In this document: positions 1 to 9,092 of the stretch, in pieces
Numbering within the stretch: position 1 is the first letter of the stretch
Layout: every line of letters starts with the position of its first letter
DNA from: a bacterium
GTDB taxonomy: Bacteria > UBA10199 > 2-02-FULL-50-16 > JAJFLM01
Length of the DNA: 64,000 nucleotides
Reading direction: 5' to 3'
Assembly (NCBI GenBank): GCA_965216315.1
Contig: CBDCFN010000016.1
Span: forward strand, 288,001 to 352,000
Program-made: the position numbers and the translations under genes
The notes under the pieces: generated by a model
Told to the model about the DNA's origin: nothing
Seen by the model: the letters and a program-made list of their open reading frames with translations, nothing else
Databases searched by the model: none

Positions 1-2694
1 GTACGCCTTTTTTTAATTACGATACTATTCTTTTATTCTATTCACCTTGCACAAGCAGCGGGCTTTTGTGTCGATGATCTTGGCGACGGAACCCCGAACG
101 GAGCAGATTGTGCCAGTACCTGTGACGGCAGTAATGATTGCTCCTTACGCGATGCGGTCAAGGCGGCGAATGACAACTCGGGAACTCCCGATACGATTAC
201 GTTTGGCGTGACAGGGACGATCACCTTTACTGAGGCGGATTCTCTGGCTATTAATGACGATCTAATCATTACCGGACCGGGCCAGGATAAGCTGACCATT
301 GATGCGAATGGCCTGTCCCGCACCATCTCTGCATTATTTGCCAGCGTCGAGATTTACAACGTAACGCTCACGGGAGGGGCTGACTCCATTGGAGCCGGCG
401 TTGCGGCTTCAATCGGAACTCTGCTGATAGAAGATAGTACGGTGACCGGAAACAATGCCACTCAGTTCGGCGGTGGTCTTCATTGTGAATTGGCGGACTG
501 CACTCTGAATCGGGTGACATTTTCGAACAATGATTGTGTCCTCCATGGCGGTGGCGCGTACGTGACTTCCGGTACCTTGACGGTGAACAACAGTACGTTC
601 ACGGCAAATACGGCACAGTTGGGCGCGGGTCTCGAAGTGAACGATACGCTGTTGACTTTGAACAACGTAACGGTGAGCGGCAATCAGGCGACAAGCCATG
701 GAGGCGGCATTTTAGTGAATGAAGGAACGCTGTCATTGAACAATGCGACGATCACGTCGAATACCGCCGATACGGATGGCGATGATGACGGCGACGGCGG
801 CGGTCTCTATCTCGTGAGCGGAACGACGACGCTGTCACAGAATAGCATTATCGCAGCGAATCATGACGCGAGCACGAGCGGAGTGCCAACCATCCATCCG
901 GATTGCAGCGGGCCTGGGTCGATCACTTCGAACGGTTACAATATCGTCGGGAATGCGGAGGGCTGCAACGGAACACCCGGCGTGGGAGATCAGGTGGGAG
1001 ACGCGAGCCAGCCGCTCGATCCCTTGCTCGGTGAGTTGCAGGATAACGGCGGGGCGACCGACACGCATTCACCGTTGCCGGGAAGTCCGGCGATTGATAC
1101 GGGCAATGCAGCGGCGTGCACCGACGGTGCCGGTGCCGCATTGACGACGGATCAGCGCGCTAAAACCCGTGCTGTCGATGCGAATGGCGACGGACTGGCA
1201 CGCTGTGATGTTGGGGCCTATGAAATACAAATATTTGTTATCGATAGTTTGCTGGATACGAGTGACGCGGCTAGTGGAGATGAAAGCTGTGCCGATGTCT
1301 CGGGCAATTGCACGCTCCGCGCAGCGATCCAAGAGACGAATGTTTTACCTGGAACTCAGGCGGCGACGATCGCGGTCACGGGGTCGATTGCGCTTGCTTC
1401 CACGATGACGAGCGTTTCCGATGCATTTATCCTCAATGGATCGGGTGCCGACCAGTTGACTATTCAAGGGAGCGGTGTCGGCCGTGTCATGGCGATTAAC
1501 GGCGGAACCGAGCCAACCCGGGTCGAAATCAACAGTGTCTCCATTGAGGGTGGAGTAGTAGGCGCCCTGCGTGTATTTAATGATGACTTCTTGATCCTCC
1601 GTAATTGTATCATTGCCAATAATACTCTGAATGCGGCGCTCATGTATGATGACAACACCGAAGGCATTATCGATGCCTGCGTGATATCGGATAACACAAG
1701 TACGGGGGCCGGCGGAGGCATTAATTTCAAGGGTTCGGAATTGATGATTCAGCGCTCGCTGTTCACCAATAATCATACGGACAATGACGGCGGTGCCGTG
1801 GAAATTCAGAGCGATAGTATCGTCACGGTGATCAACTCGACTATTAGCGGCAATCACGCCGACCGCAACGGTGGTGGTTTTGACCTGGGTAACGGCGAAA
1901 CGCTTAACATCATCAATTCGACACTAGTAAACAACACGGCAGACTTTGATGATGGGACCGATGGCGATGGAGGGGCGATTCGCTCTCTTTCCGGTTCGTT
2001 TGTTAACATCAAGAGCAGCATCCTTGCCGGTAATCAACATCGTATCGGGGCTAACGCGACGTTGTCCAATTGTAACATGGATGTGTCGGTGACTTCGTTG
2101 GGGAATAATATTGAAGACGGGACGGATTGCGGATTTACGGAAGCGGGTGATCTACAGAGCACGGATCCATTGCTCGGAACACTCGCCGATAATGGGGGGC
2201 TGACCCTGACTCATGCGCTATTACTGAGTAGCCCCGCCATTGACGCCATTGTCGGTGACTGTGAAGATCTGGCTAATGATCCGATCACTCAAGATCAAAG
2301 GGGGTTCACTCGGCCAGTAAATACGGATTGTGACATCGGTGCCTTTGAGGTCGGGAATTGTGGTGACGGCGTGATAGATCCCGGTGAAGCCTGTGATGAT
2401 GGAGCCGGACTGAATAGTGATACCGAAGCCGATGCCTGTCGGACCGATTGCAGCCTCCCGGTTTGTGGTGATGGCGTCGTCGATAGCGGCGAGGCCTGTG
2501 ATGACGATAACATGACGGATGGAGATGGTTGTACCAGTCTTTGTGAAATTGAAGAGCCGCCTGCGGACGATAGTGTACCGCCGGCGGATGACGACCCGCC
2601 GACGCAGGATGACACTTCTAATAATGAGACGCAGTCGGATGACGAGGTAGGGAGCTCTGGCTGTTCGCTAATTCGGGCCACAACACGTTCGTAG
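1..2694 (+). CDS. Secreted CSLREA / choice-of-anchor-Q beta-helix surface protein with C-terminal Cys-rich (DUF4215-like) repeats; 5' end lies outside the window
   Basis: Frame is open from base 1 (VRLFLITILFFYSIHLAQAAGFC..., signal-peptide tail). Two modules start with CSLRDA and CTLRAA. GGG-x beta-helix repeats, two DPLLGxLxDNGG...DQR..R...CDxGAxE motifs, two CGDGV.D.GEACDD repeats, and a GSSGCSLIR tail. Confidence 0.85.
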   Translation, partial: VRLFLITILFFYSIHLAQAAGFCVDDLGDGTPNGADCASTCDGSNDCSLRDAVKAANDNSGTPDTITFGVTGTITFTEADSLAINDDLIITGPGQDKLTIDANGLSRTISALFASVEIYNVTLTGGADSIGAGVAASIGTLLIEDSTVTGNNATQFGGGLHCELADCTLNRVTFSNNDCVLHGGGAYVTSGTLTVNNSTFTANTAQLGAGLEVNDTLLTLNNVTVSGNQATSHGGGILVNEGTLSLNNATITSNTADTDGDDDGDGGGLYLVSGTTTLSQNSIIAANHDASTSGVPTIHPDCSGPGSITSNGYNIVGNAEGCNGTPGVGDQVGDASQPLDPLLGELQDNGGATDTHSPLPGSPAIDTGNAAACTDGAGAALTTDQRAKTRAVDANGDGLARCDVGAYEIQIFVIDSLLDTSDAASGDESCADVSGNCTLRAAIQETNVLPGTQAATIAVTGSIALASTMTSVSDAFILNGSGADQLTIQGSGVGRVMAINGGTEPTRVEINSVSIEGGVVGALRVFNDDFLILRNCIIANNTLNAALMYDDNTEGIIDACVISDNTSTGAGGGINFKGSELMIQRSLFTNNHTDNDGGAVEIQSDSIVTVINSTISGNHADRNGGGFDLGNGETLNIINSTLVNNTADFDDGTDGDGGAIRSLSGSFVNIKSSILAGNQHRIGANATLSNCNMDVSVTSLGNNIEDGTDCGFTEAGDLQSTDPLLGTLADNGGLTLTHALLLSSPAIDAIVGDCEDLANDPITQDQRGFTRPVNTDCDIGAFEVGNCGDGVIDPGEACDDGAGLNSDTEADACRTDCSLPVCGDGVVDSGEACDDDNMTDGDGCTSLCEIEEPPADDSVPPADDDPPTQDDTSNNETQSDDEVGSSGCSLIRATTRS

Positions 2695-2715
2695 GTTCGA
2701 CTAGCACCTAACTCG

Positions 2716-2760
2716 CCCCGTGAGATAGTCAGCACCTCTATCTCACGGGGTTCTCTCTCT
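2716..2760 (+). terminator. Intrinsic terminator-like hairpin
   Basis: Perfect 13-bp stem CCCCGTGAGATAG/CTATCTCACGGGG followed by a pyrimidine run, just after the CSLREA gene stop. Confidence 0.65.
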
Positions 2761-2856
2761 CGAAATTTTTCAGCTGTTGACTCCAGTTACCACTTTCTAC
2801 CTCACGAGGCGGTGTTTTCCGAAACCGCGTCTGCGACGGACCGATGAGAGTCCATT

Positions 2857-4749
2857 ATGGTCCATTACTCCACGATGCCCGGCCTCTGTCAGGCCCTGAC
2901 GACCTTATCGCTGGTGGCGGGAAACAATATCGGCAATGCGCAGGCGCTGGCGCCTCCGATCCTGCCGCGCGACAGCGTCCAACTCGCAGCCGGGCCCCGT
3001 CTCTTTGATGTGGAGTGGTCTCGGCCACGGAGTTGGCTCATTGCCGGCTTGATTGGCGCGGGTGCTGCCGGTTTGTTTTGGTCGTTTATGAATCCGCGAC
3101 GTAGGCGAGAAACGGGCGATACGACGTTCAAATTTAACCCCGTGAAGATCGTGCCGGAAGAACCGCTTATCGACCGACTTCGTAGCGCCCAAGTTGACGG
3201 TCGTCAGATAGAATTGTTCCATCGGGATCGCCAAGAAAAATACGTTGGGGTAATTGAGTCGATTCAAGACAATCGTTGGCTTCGCTTATCGCAGGGCAGG
3301 GAAGGGCATGCGCTCATTGAAATTGAGGGGTTGCTGACGGTACGCGATCGCGACGATGACCGGACAGGCCAGTTCGTTCACCCGGCGTTGAAGTGGGCTC
3401 AGCTGCCGGATAAATCAGTTAACCGCAATGGCGACTATCGTGTCCTCGTCGATTTTGATGACCCTCGCCTCGTAGCATTTATCGAACAGCTGTTTCATCC
3501 TTTGAGAGTCCAACTCTTTTTTAAGCGGAAATCGCAGCTGCAGGTGACTTACGAAGTCTATCAAACGATCAAGGATTACACGCCGTATGATTATGACTTT
3601 CTGGATCGCCTCGATGCAACGGATAGGCCGCGTGAGCTCTATCGCCTGGGTGACTTTATCGATGGGGGTATTTGTAACGAACGGGCGATGTTGATTCAAG
3701 TCGCCCTGCAGTACTTAGGTGTCGAGTCGGAATTCCGGACTGGTAAGTGGGGAGGCGGGAATCACGCCTGGGTCAATGCACGACCGCATGACGAGACGGA
3801 TAAGAAACGTAACTTACTCTTGGATCCTCAAAACAAACGTCTTCTCGATCGTGGAAATCATCATGATCAAGCGAGACTCAATGAATATCATCAACATGCC
3901 TATCGGCCGGGCAAGCTCGCCCCTCATTTGATGACGGTCGAGCATAACGAGATGTCAGCGATGGTGATTGAGCGCCTGTTGAACGAAGGGTTGAATTTTA
4001 CACAAGTTGTGAAGTTGCAAGCCGCGTCGCATGAAAGTTGGGAGCGCATCGTGAATAACCGCCGCTTCCAGATTGATTTGGCGCTGAGTTTCGATGATGA
4101 CGATTCGCTGGATCGTGTGTTGATCGAGGATAAGCAGAATGCCTTCAGTCGCCTATCGCCGAGGCAGCGTGATGAGGAAATCAATGTCGCGATGGAACTC
4201 TACGGCAGTCTCAGGAAGAGTGAGAAGGGATTTATGTTTGAAATATCAGGAGAAGAGCGAAGCCTCGTGTTGCCGTTATATTTCATCAAGTTCTATGCGG
4301 AACGAAGGCGGCTCTTGCATGTGTCCCGACGCTTTCCTTACGGGCGGACGGAAGGACTGAAGCAGGCCCTTCTTAAAGCGCTGCGTATTCGCTTGACCGG
4401 GAAGGGTTATCAGGATCCCGGTATCGATCCGGAAGATATACGGCGTTGGGTAGCCGGACGTCAGAAGTATCTTGATCAGTTCCGCAATGAAATGCAAAGC
4501 CGGCCCAATATCGTAGAACGATTGCTCCGACAAGAATTGGCTGACGGTGTGAATCTAAATACCGGACAGATAGCCGAGCTGGTTGTGTTCATTGAACAAC
4601 ATTGGCAACAGGCCAAGCAACAATATGGTGACGATGCTGTGCTCAAGCGGGATTACATTCGCGTCTGTGTCGTCGCGTATAACACGCTGTATCCTCATCT
4701 TGATTTGCGGCTTCGGGAAGATTTACTCAGTAATACAGAGGTTATTTAG
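2857..4749 (+). CDS. Orphan protein with one TM segment and a transglutaminase-like (Cys-His-Asp) domain
   Basis: 630 aa ORF. GGICNERA ... GGNHAWV ... LLLDP spacing fits a transglutaminase-like triad. Hydrophobic WLIAGLIGAGAAGLFW segment. Confidence 0.6.
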   Translation: MVHYSTMPGLCQALTTLSLVAGNNIGNAQALAPPILPRDSVQLAAGPRLFDVEWSRPRSWLIAGLIGAGAAGLFWSFMNPRRRRETGDTTFKFNPVKIVPEEPLIDRLRSAQVDGRQIELFHRDRQEKYVGVIESIQDNRWLRLSQGREGHALIEIEGLLTVRDRDDDRTGQFVHPALKWAQLPDKSVNRNGDYRVLVDFDDPRLVAFIEQLFHPLRVQLFFKRKSQLQVTYEVYQTIKDYTPYDYDFLDRLDATDRPRELYRLGDFIDGGICNERAMLIQVALQYLGVESEFRTGKWGGGNHAWVNARPHDETDKKRNLLLDPQNKRLLDRGNHHDQARLNEYHQHAYRPGKLAPHLMTVEHNEMSAMVIERLLNEGLNFTQVVKLQAASHESWERIVNNRRFQIDLALSFDDDDSLDRVLIEDKQNAFSRLSPRQRDEEINVAMELYGSLRKSEKGFMFEISGEERSLVLPLYFIKFYAERRRLLHVSRRFPYGRTEGLKQALLKALRIRLTGKGYQDPGIDPEDIRRWVAGRQKYLDQFRNEMQSRPNIVERLLRQELADGVNLNTGQIAELVVFIEQHWQQAKQQYGDDAVLKRDYIRVCVVAYNTLYPHLDLRLREDLLSNTEVI

Positions 4750-4868
4750 CGTCCATATAACTTGCATCCCCAAGGATTCGGAAATTTCCTTTTGACTAGC
4801 ACGTTTCCCGGGTGAGTTGCGATAAGGCTTTTAAGTTAGCAAATAACATCAGCACCCTCCCCTTAAGG

Positions 4869-4910
4869 CCCCCGTGGGACGATCGAAGACTCGACCCACG
4901 GGGGTTTCTA
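4869..4910. terminator. GC-rich hairpin between convergent genes (terminator or sRNA 3' end)
   Basis: 10-bp stem CCCCCGTGGG/CCCACGGGGG followed by TTTCT. Confidence 0.55.
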
Positions 4911-4963
4911 TGACGTCAAACAATGATTGGAGCAGTGAAAATAAATGAGGCGTTCGATGATTT

Positions 4964-5800
4964 TTAGGGTTTAGCGGATTGTTCAAACAACCACGCAATC
5001 GAATCCGTCCGGAACCCCGCGGCGCCGGGGTGACCGCCGCCGCCGAAGGAGATTGCGATTTCCGAGACATCGACGGTATCGGAGCGGAGGCTGAAGGACC
5101 AGCTCTTGCCGCTGAAGGAGAAAATCAAGGCCACCGGATAACCGAGCTCCTTATAGATATACTCCCCGATCTCGCTGGCATCATCGGTCCAGTTGACGGC
5201 GAGAGCCTTGTGGCCCTTGAGGTCGATCTCAATGCCTTTTTCGACGGCGAGTTTGAAACGCTCCGTCAGTAGGCGGCGACTGCGGCGGCCGAGCGCAATG
5301 AGTTCATCCCATTTCGCTTGGGTGCTGCCGGTCAGTAATTCTTTCCAGGTTTCGCTGGCCGGGTCGAGTATGCCCTCCGATTCTCGAATGGCATGACTGA
5401 TCTCACGGCTGTCCGGGAGTTCCCAAACCCAAATATCTTTGTCGCGGACGTATTGCAGAATTTTGGGGACCTCTTGTGCGGGAAAGAGTTTCTTCCAGGT
5501 CAGGGTTGCGCCGCTCTCATTGAGGTCGATGTCGCCGAAACCGACCGCGTCGCGGATCGGAAGCGCGGTCTTGTGATGGTCATACCAGTGCAGTTCAGCC
5601 GCGGTGCTTTCAATTTCTTTGAGGACATCAGGAGGAAAACTGAAGTCGACGATAAAGACCCGTTTGCCGGCCAGGGTTGTTGGTGGCTCCTCTCCGTGAT
5701 TGGTCGGGTAGAGTTCCGCATCGGGATACTTGTGCCGGACGGCGGCTGCGGAGGCCGCGCCATCGACGCATTCGGCATGGTAGATACAGGCGGTTTTCAT
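4964..5800 (-). CDS. DHH/DHHA1 family phosphoesterase (nanoRNase-like)
   Basis: Motifs YHAECVDG, IVDFS, YDHH and SLRS...FGGGGHPGAAGF. Confidence 0.9.
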   Translation of the reverse strand: MKTACIYHAECVDGAASAAAVRHKYPDAELYPTNHGEEPPTTLAGKRVFIVDFSFPPDVLKEIESTAAELHWYDHHKTALPIRDAVGFGDIDLNESGATLTWKKLFPAQEVPKILQYVRDKDIWVWELPDSREISHAIRESEGILDPASETWKELLTGSTQAKWDELIALGRRSRRLLTERFKLAVEKGIEIDLKGHKALAVNWTDDASEIGEYIYKELGYPVALIFSFSGKSWSFSLRSDTVDVSEIAISFGGGGHPGAAGFRTDSIAWLFEQSAKP

Positions 5801-5909
5801 CCTGATTTAAGTTTTTAGCCATTCTGACCCGTTTGTAAACCGGGAACCTGCTCAAATTCGTGGAAAGCCGCTTGCTTCGGTGCTTAGACCTGATATAGAT
5901 TGGGTTCTT

Positions 5910-7217
5910 ATGCCGGATAGAAAGAAAGAACTTATTACCGCCGAGGAGGCCCTCGAGTATCATCGGGAGGGGCGGCATGGCAAAATTGAGGTGATTCCCT
6001 CTAAGCCCTGTCACTCGCAACGGGATCTGTCGCTGGCCTATACGCCGGGCGTGGCCGAGCCTTGTCGTGAGATCGAGAAGGATCCCGGGAATTCCTTTTT
6101 ATATACGGCGCGCAATAATTTGGTTGCCGTCGTTACCAATGGAACGGCGGTGCTTGGTCTGGGGAATATCGGCCCGCGTGCGGCCAAGCCGGTGATGGAA
6201 GGTAAGGCCATTCTCTTCAAGCAATTCGCAGATATCGATGTCTTTGATATCGAAATTGATGCTGAAGATCCCGATGAATTTATTAACGTGATCGATCGCA
6301 TCCATACGACTTTCGGCGGGATCAATCTGGAAGACGTCCGGGCACCGGATTGTTTTAAGATAGAAGAGGCCTTGGTTGAGCGATTAAGTATTCCGGTTTT
6401 TCATGATGATCAGCACGGGACAGCCGTCATTACGACAGCCGCGCTGATTAATGCCCTGGAGATTGTTAATAAAAAACCACAGGACATCGAAGTTGTTTTT
6501 AGCGGGGCGGGGGCGGCAGCGATTGCCTGCGCCAAAATGATTGTCGATCTCGGCGTACCTCAAGAAAATATTATTTTGTGTGACCGGCGCGGTGTGGTCT
6601 TTGAGGGCCGTGAACCAACCGAACCGTATCGTGGCCAGTTTGCTCAGAAAACCAAGCTACGTACCTTGGCCGATGCGATGGTGGGTCGTGATGTTTTTAT
6701 CGGGGTTTCCAATAAGGACTTGGTGACGACGGATATGCTCAAGAGCATGGCCAAGAATCCTATTGTCTTTGCGATGGCCAATCCCGATCCGGAGATTCCT
6801 TATGAAGTCGCGCGTGAAGTACGCTCGGATGTTATTATGGCGACCGGGCGGTCGGATTACCCCAATCAGGTGAATAACGTCTTAGGCTTTCCGTTTATCT
6901 TTAGGGGCACCTTGGATGTCGGTGCTCTGCGCATCAATGAAGAGATGAAAATGGCGGCAGCCCAAGCCTTGGCCAAACTCACCCGGGAACCCGTTCCGGA
7001 GGATGTGCATCGCGCCTATGCCGAATCGGCGCTTGAGTTTGGTCCTGAGTATATTATTCCTAAGCCACTCGATCCGCGTGTCCTCCTCTATGTGGCGCCG
7101 GCTGTCGCACAGGCAGCCGTTAAGAGCGGCGTGGCCCATCGTCCGATTACGGACATGGAGGCCTACGCACAAGAATTACGCCAACTGCTGACGCGCCGCG
7201 GACGCATCGATAGGTAG
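5910..7217 (+). CDS. NAD(P)-dependent malic enzyme (MaeB-type catalytic part, no PTA domain)
   Basis: [53 protein letters not shown]. Start taken at ATG 5910. Confidence 0.92.
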   Translation: MPDRKKELITAEEALEYHREGRHGKIEVIPSKPCHSQRDLSLAYTPGVAEPCREIEKDPGNSFLYTARNNLVAVVTNGTAVLGLGNIGPRAAKPVMEGKAILFKQFADIDVFDIEIDAEDPDEFINVIDRIHTTFGGINLEDVRAPDCFKIEEALVERLSIPVFHDDQHGTAVITTAALINALEIVNKKPQDIEVVFSGAGAAAIACAKMIVDLGVPQENIILCDRRGVVFEGREPTEPYRGQFAQKTKLRTLADAMVGRDVFIGVSNKDLVTTDMLKSMAKNPIVFAMANPDPEIPYEVAREVRSDVIMATGRSDYPNQVNNVLGFPFIFRGTLDVGALRINEEMKMAAAQALAKLTREPVPEDVHRAYAESALEFGPEYIIPKPLDPRVLLYVAPAVAQAAVKSGVAHRPITDMEAYAQELRQLLTRRGRIDR

Positions 7218-7233
7218 TTACGAGCAAAAGAAA

Positions 7234-8499
7234 ATGGGTGTTTCTTCCAATATTGCGTCTTTGCGCCGTGACGCGCTTGAGCCGAGCAAAAGCCTGTTGG
7301 TCCGGACATCGGAGCTCGTTCTAAAGGGAAAAAATCGTTACAGCTTTGAGGCCCAGTTGCTCAAGAATATCCACCGCAGTGTGGGGGGCGAACTGGCCTA
7401 TACGCATAAGAAGGTGCGCGCCTCTCATCTGCTTGAGTTTGAGGACGTTCCCAGTCCGGCGTTAATGGGGCGTTTACAAAAGATATTTGGGATCGCCTAT
7501 CTGGCGCCGGTTTACGTTGCTGAATTAGACGTTGAGAGTCTCGTGCGCGATCTGTTGCAACGCTTGCCCAACGAGGGAGTGGCAAGCTTTGCCGTACGCA
7601 CGCGGCGCTTGAACCGTAATTTTCCATATAATTCGCCGGAACTGAACGCCGCTCTCGGGGCTGAGATTCAAAAGGCCAGGGGCTGGCCGGTTGATCTCGA
7701 TGTGCCGGATTTGGCCATCAACATCGAAGTCTTGGACGATGTCATCTATTGGCATTGGCAACGCTATCAAGGGCCGCGAGGACTGCCTGTCGGTGTAAGC
7801 GGCAAAGTAATCGCTCTGTTGTCAGGCGGCATCGACTCACCGGTAGCGGCTTTTCAGCTAGCGAGTCGCGGTTGCCTTCCGGTGTATGTTCATTTTCATA
7901 GCGCCCCCTATACGTCACGGGCCTCGATAGAAAAAGCGATCGAAGTTGTGGAGCAATTAGAGAAATATCATTATCAAACGCGTTTGTATTTGGTTCCTTT
8001 GGCGCCTATCCAAAAAGAAATAGTGACGCGTTGCCCGGAACGTTTGCGGGTCATTCTCTATCGCCGGTTTATGATTCGAATCGCGGAGCGTATTGCCCGC
8101 AATGAAAAGGCCCAAGCGTTGGTGACCGGTGAGAGTGTGGGGCAAGTGGCGAGCCAAACGCTATCGAATATGCGCACGATTGAGTCGGTGACATTGCTGC
8201 CTATTTTGCGCCCCTTAGTCGGTACGGATAAACAGGATATTGTGGAAAGAGCGCGAGAGATAGGGACGTATGAGCTGTCCATTCAGCCCGATCAGGATTG
8301 TTGTAGCTATCTGATGCCGCGACGACCGGTGACGCATAGCCGGATCAGTGATCTGGAGGCCGCTGAGCAGGAACTCGACATCGAGTCCTTGGTGCTAGCG
8401 GCGTTTCAGGAAACGGAGAAACGCAGCGGTAAAAACAGCGCTTTTCCCTTTCGTCGAAATAGGGTATCCCCAGAACCGGAGGGGGCCGACGATGACTAG
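7234..8499 (+). CDS. thiI: tRNA 4-thiouridine synthase ThiI (THUMP + PP-loop, no rhodanese domain)
   Basis: ELVLKGKNR, GLPVG, LLSGGIDSPVA, TGESVGQVASQT, LRPL, DCC. Confidence 0.93.
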   Translation: MGVSSNIASLRRDALEPSKSLLVRTSELVLKGKNRYSFEAQLLKNIHRSVGGELAYTHKKVRASHLLEFEDVPSPALMGRLQKIFGIAYLAPVYVAELDVESLVRDLLQRLPNEGVASFAVRTRRLNRNFPYNSPELNAALGAEIQKARGWPVDLDVPDLAINIEVLDDVIYWHWQRYQGPRGLPVGVSGKVIALLSGGIDSPVAAFQLASRGCLPVYVHFHSAPYTSRASIEKAIEVVEQLEKYHYQTRLYLVPLAPIQKEIVTRCPERLRVILYRRFMIRIAERIARNEKAQALVTGESVGQVASQTLSNMRTIESVTLLPILRPLVGTDKQDIVERAREIGTYELSIQPDQDCCSYLMPRRPVTHSRISDLEAAEQELDIESLVLAAFQETEKRSGKNSAFPFRRNRVSPEPEGADDD

Positions 8500-8926
8500 A
8501 AAGATTTTGGGGAGCTTGAGTTACGAAGAAGTCTTGGGGATGTTCAATGAAGACCTGTGTCAGAAGCATCTGGGGATAGAGGCGACGACAGTTAATAAAG
8601 AAGAGGCCCGCGGTCGCATGCATCTCAAGGAATGGCACATGAATTTTGAAAAGACCGTTCATGGGGGCATGCTCTTTTCGATGCTCGATTCGCTGATGGG
8701 GATGGCGGTCTTTCCCCACCTAAATGAAGATGAACGGATACTCGCGATCGACCTAAAGATTAATTATCTCTTAGCGGCGACCTTAGAAATGAAGGTGCTC
8801 GAGTGCAAGGCCAACCTGGTCAGTCGGACCCGCCGCCTTGCCGTTGCCGAAGGCGAGATCTACGATCCGGAAGGGCGGATTATCAGTAAGGCCCTCGGAA
8901 CTTTCGCGATTTTTAAGTCCAGTTAG
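8492..8926 (+). CDS. PaaI family (hotdog fold) thioesterase
   Basis: N...VHGGMLFSMLD motif and DLKINYL. Confidence 0.9.
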   Translation: MTRKILGSLSYEEVLGMFNEDLCQKHLGIEATTVNKEEARGRMHLKEWHMNFEKTVHGGMLFSMLDSLMGMAVFPHLNEDERILAIDLKINYLLAATLEMKVLECKANLVSRTRRLAVAEGEIYDPEGRIISKALGTFAIFKSS

Positions 8927-9015
8927 CTCGGATTGATTTGCGACTGGAAGCCCTTTTTTTGAAATCTCACCAATAGTATTAAGGAGACGACGCGCGTAAA
9001 GAGTTGTTGCGCCAG

Positions 9016-9024
9016 TGTGGATAA
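9016..9024 (-). promoter_or_regulatory. DnaA box
   Basis: TGTGGATAA is the exact reverse complement of TTATCCACA. A degenerate inverted copy TTATCCGTA follows at 9029-9037. Confidence 0.4.
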
Positions 9025-9092
9025 GTATTTATCCGTAAAGGCGCAACTTTTTTCAGTGACTGTCGAACAAGCCCGGACAGGAATTGATCCAG

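Noticed and set aside
9016..9037. Replication origin
   Set aside because: Only one perfect and one degenerate DnaA box, with no dnaA/dnaN context or extended AT-rich unwinding element.
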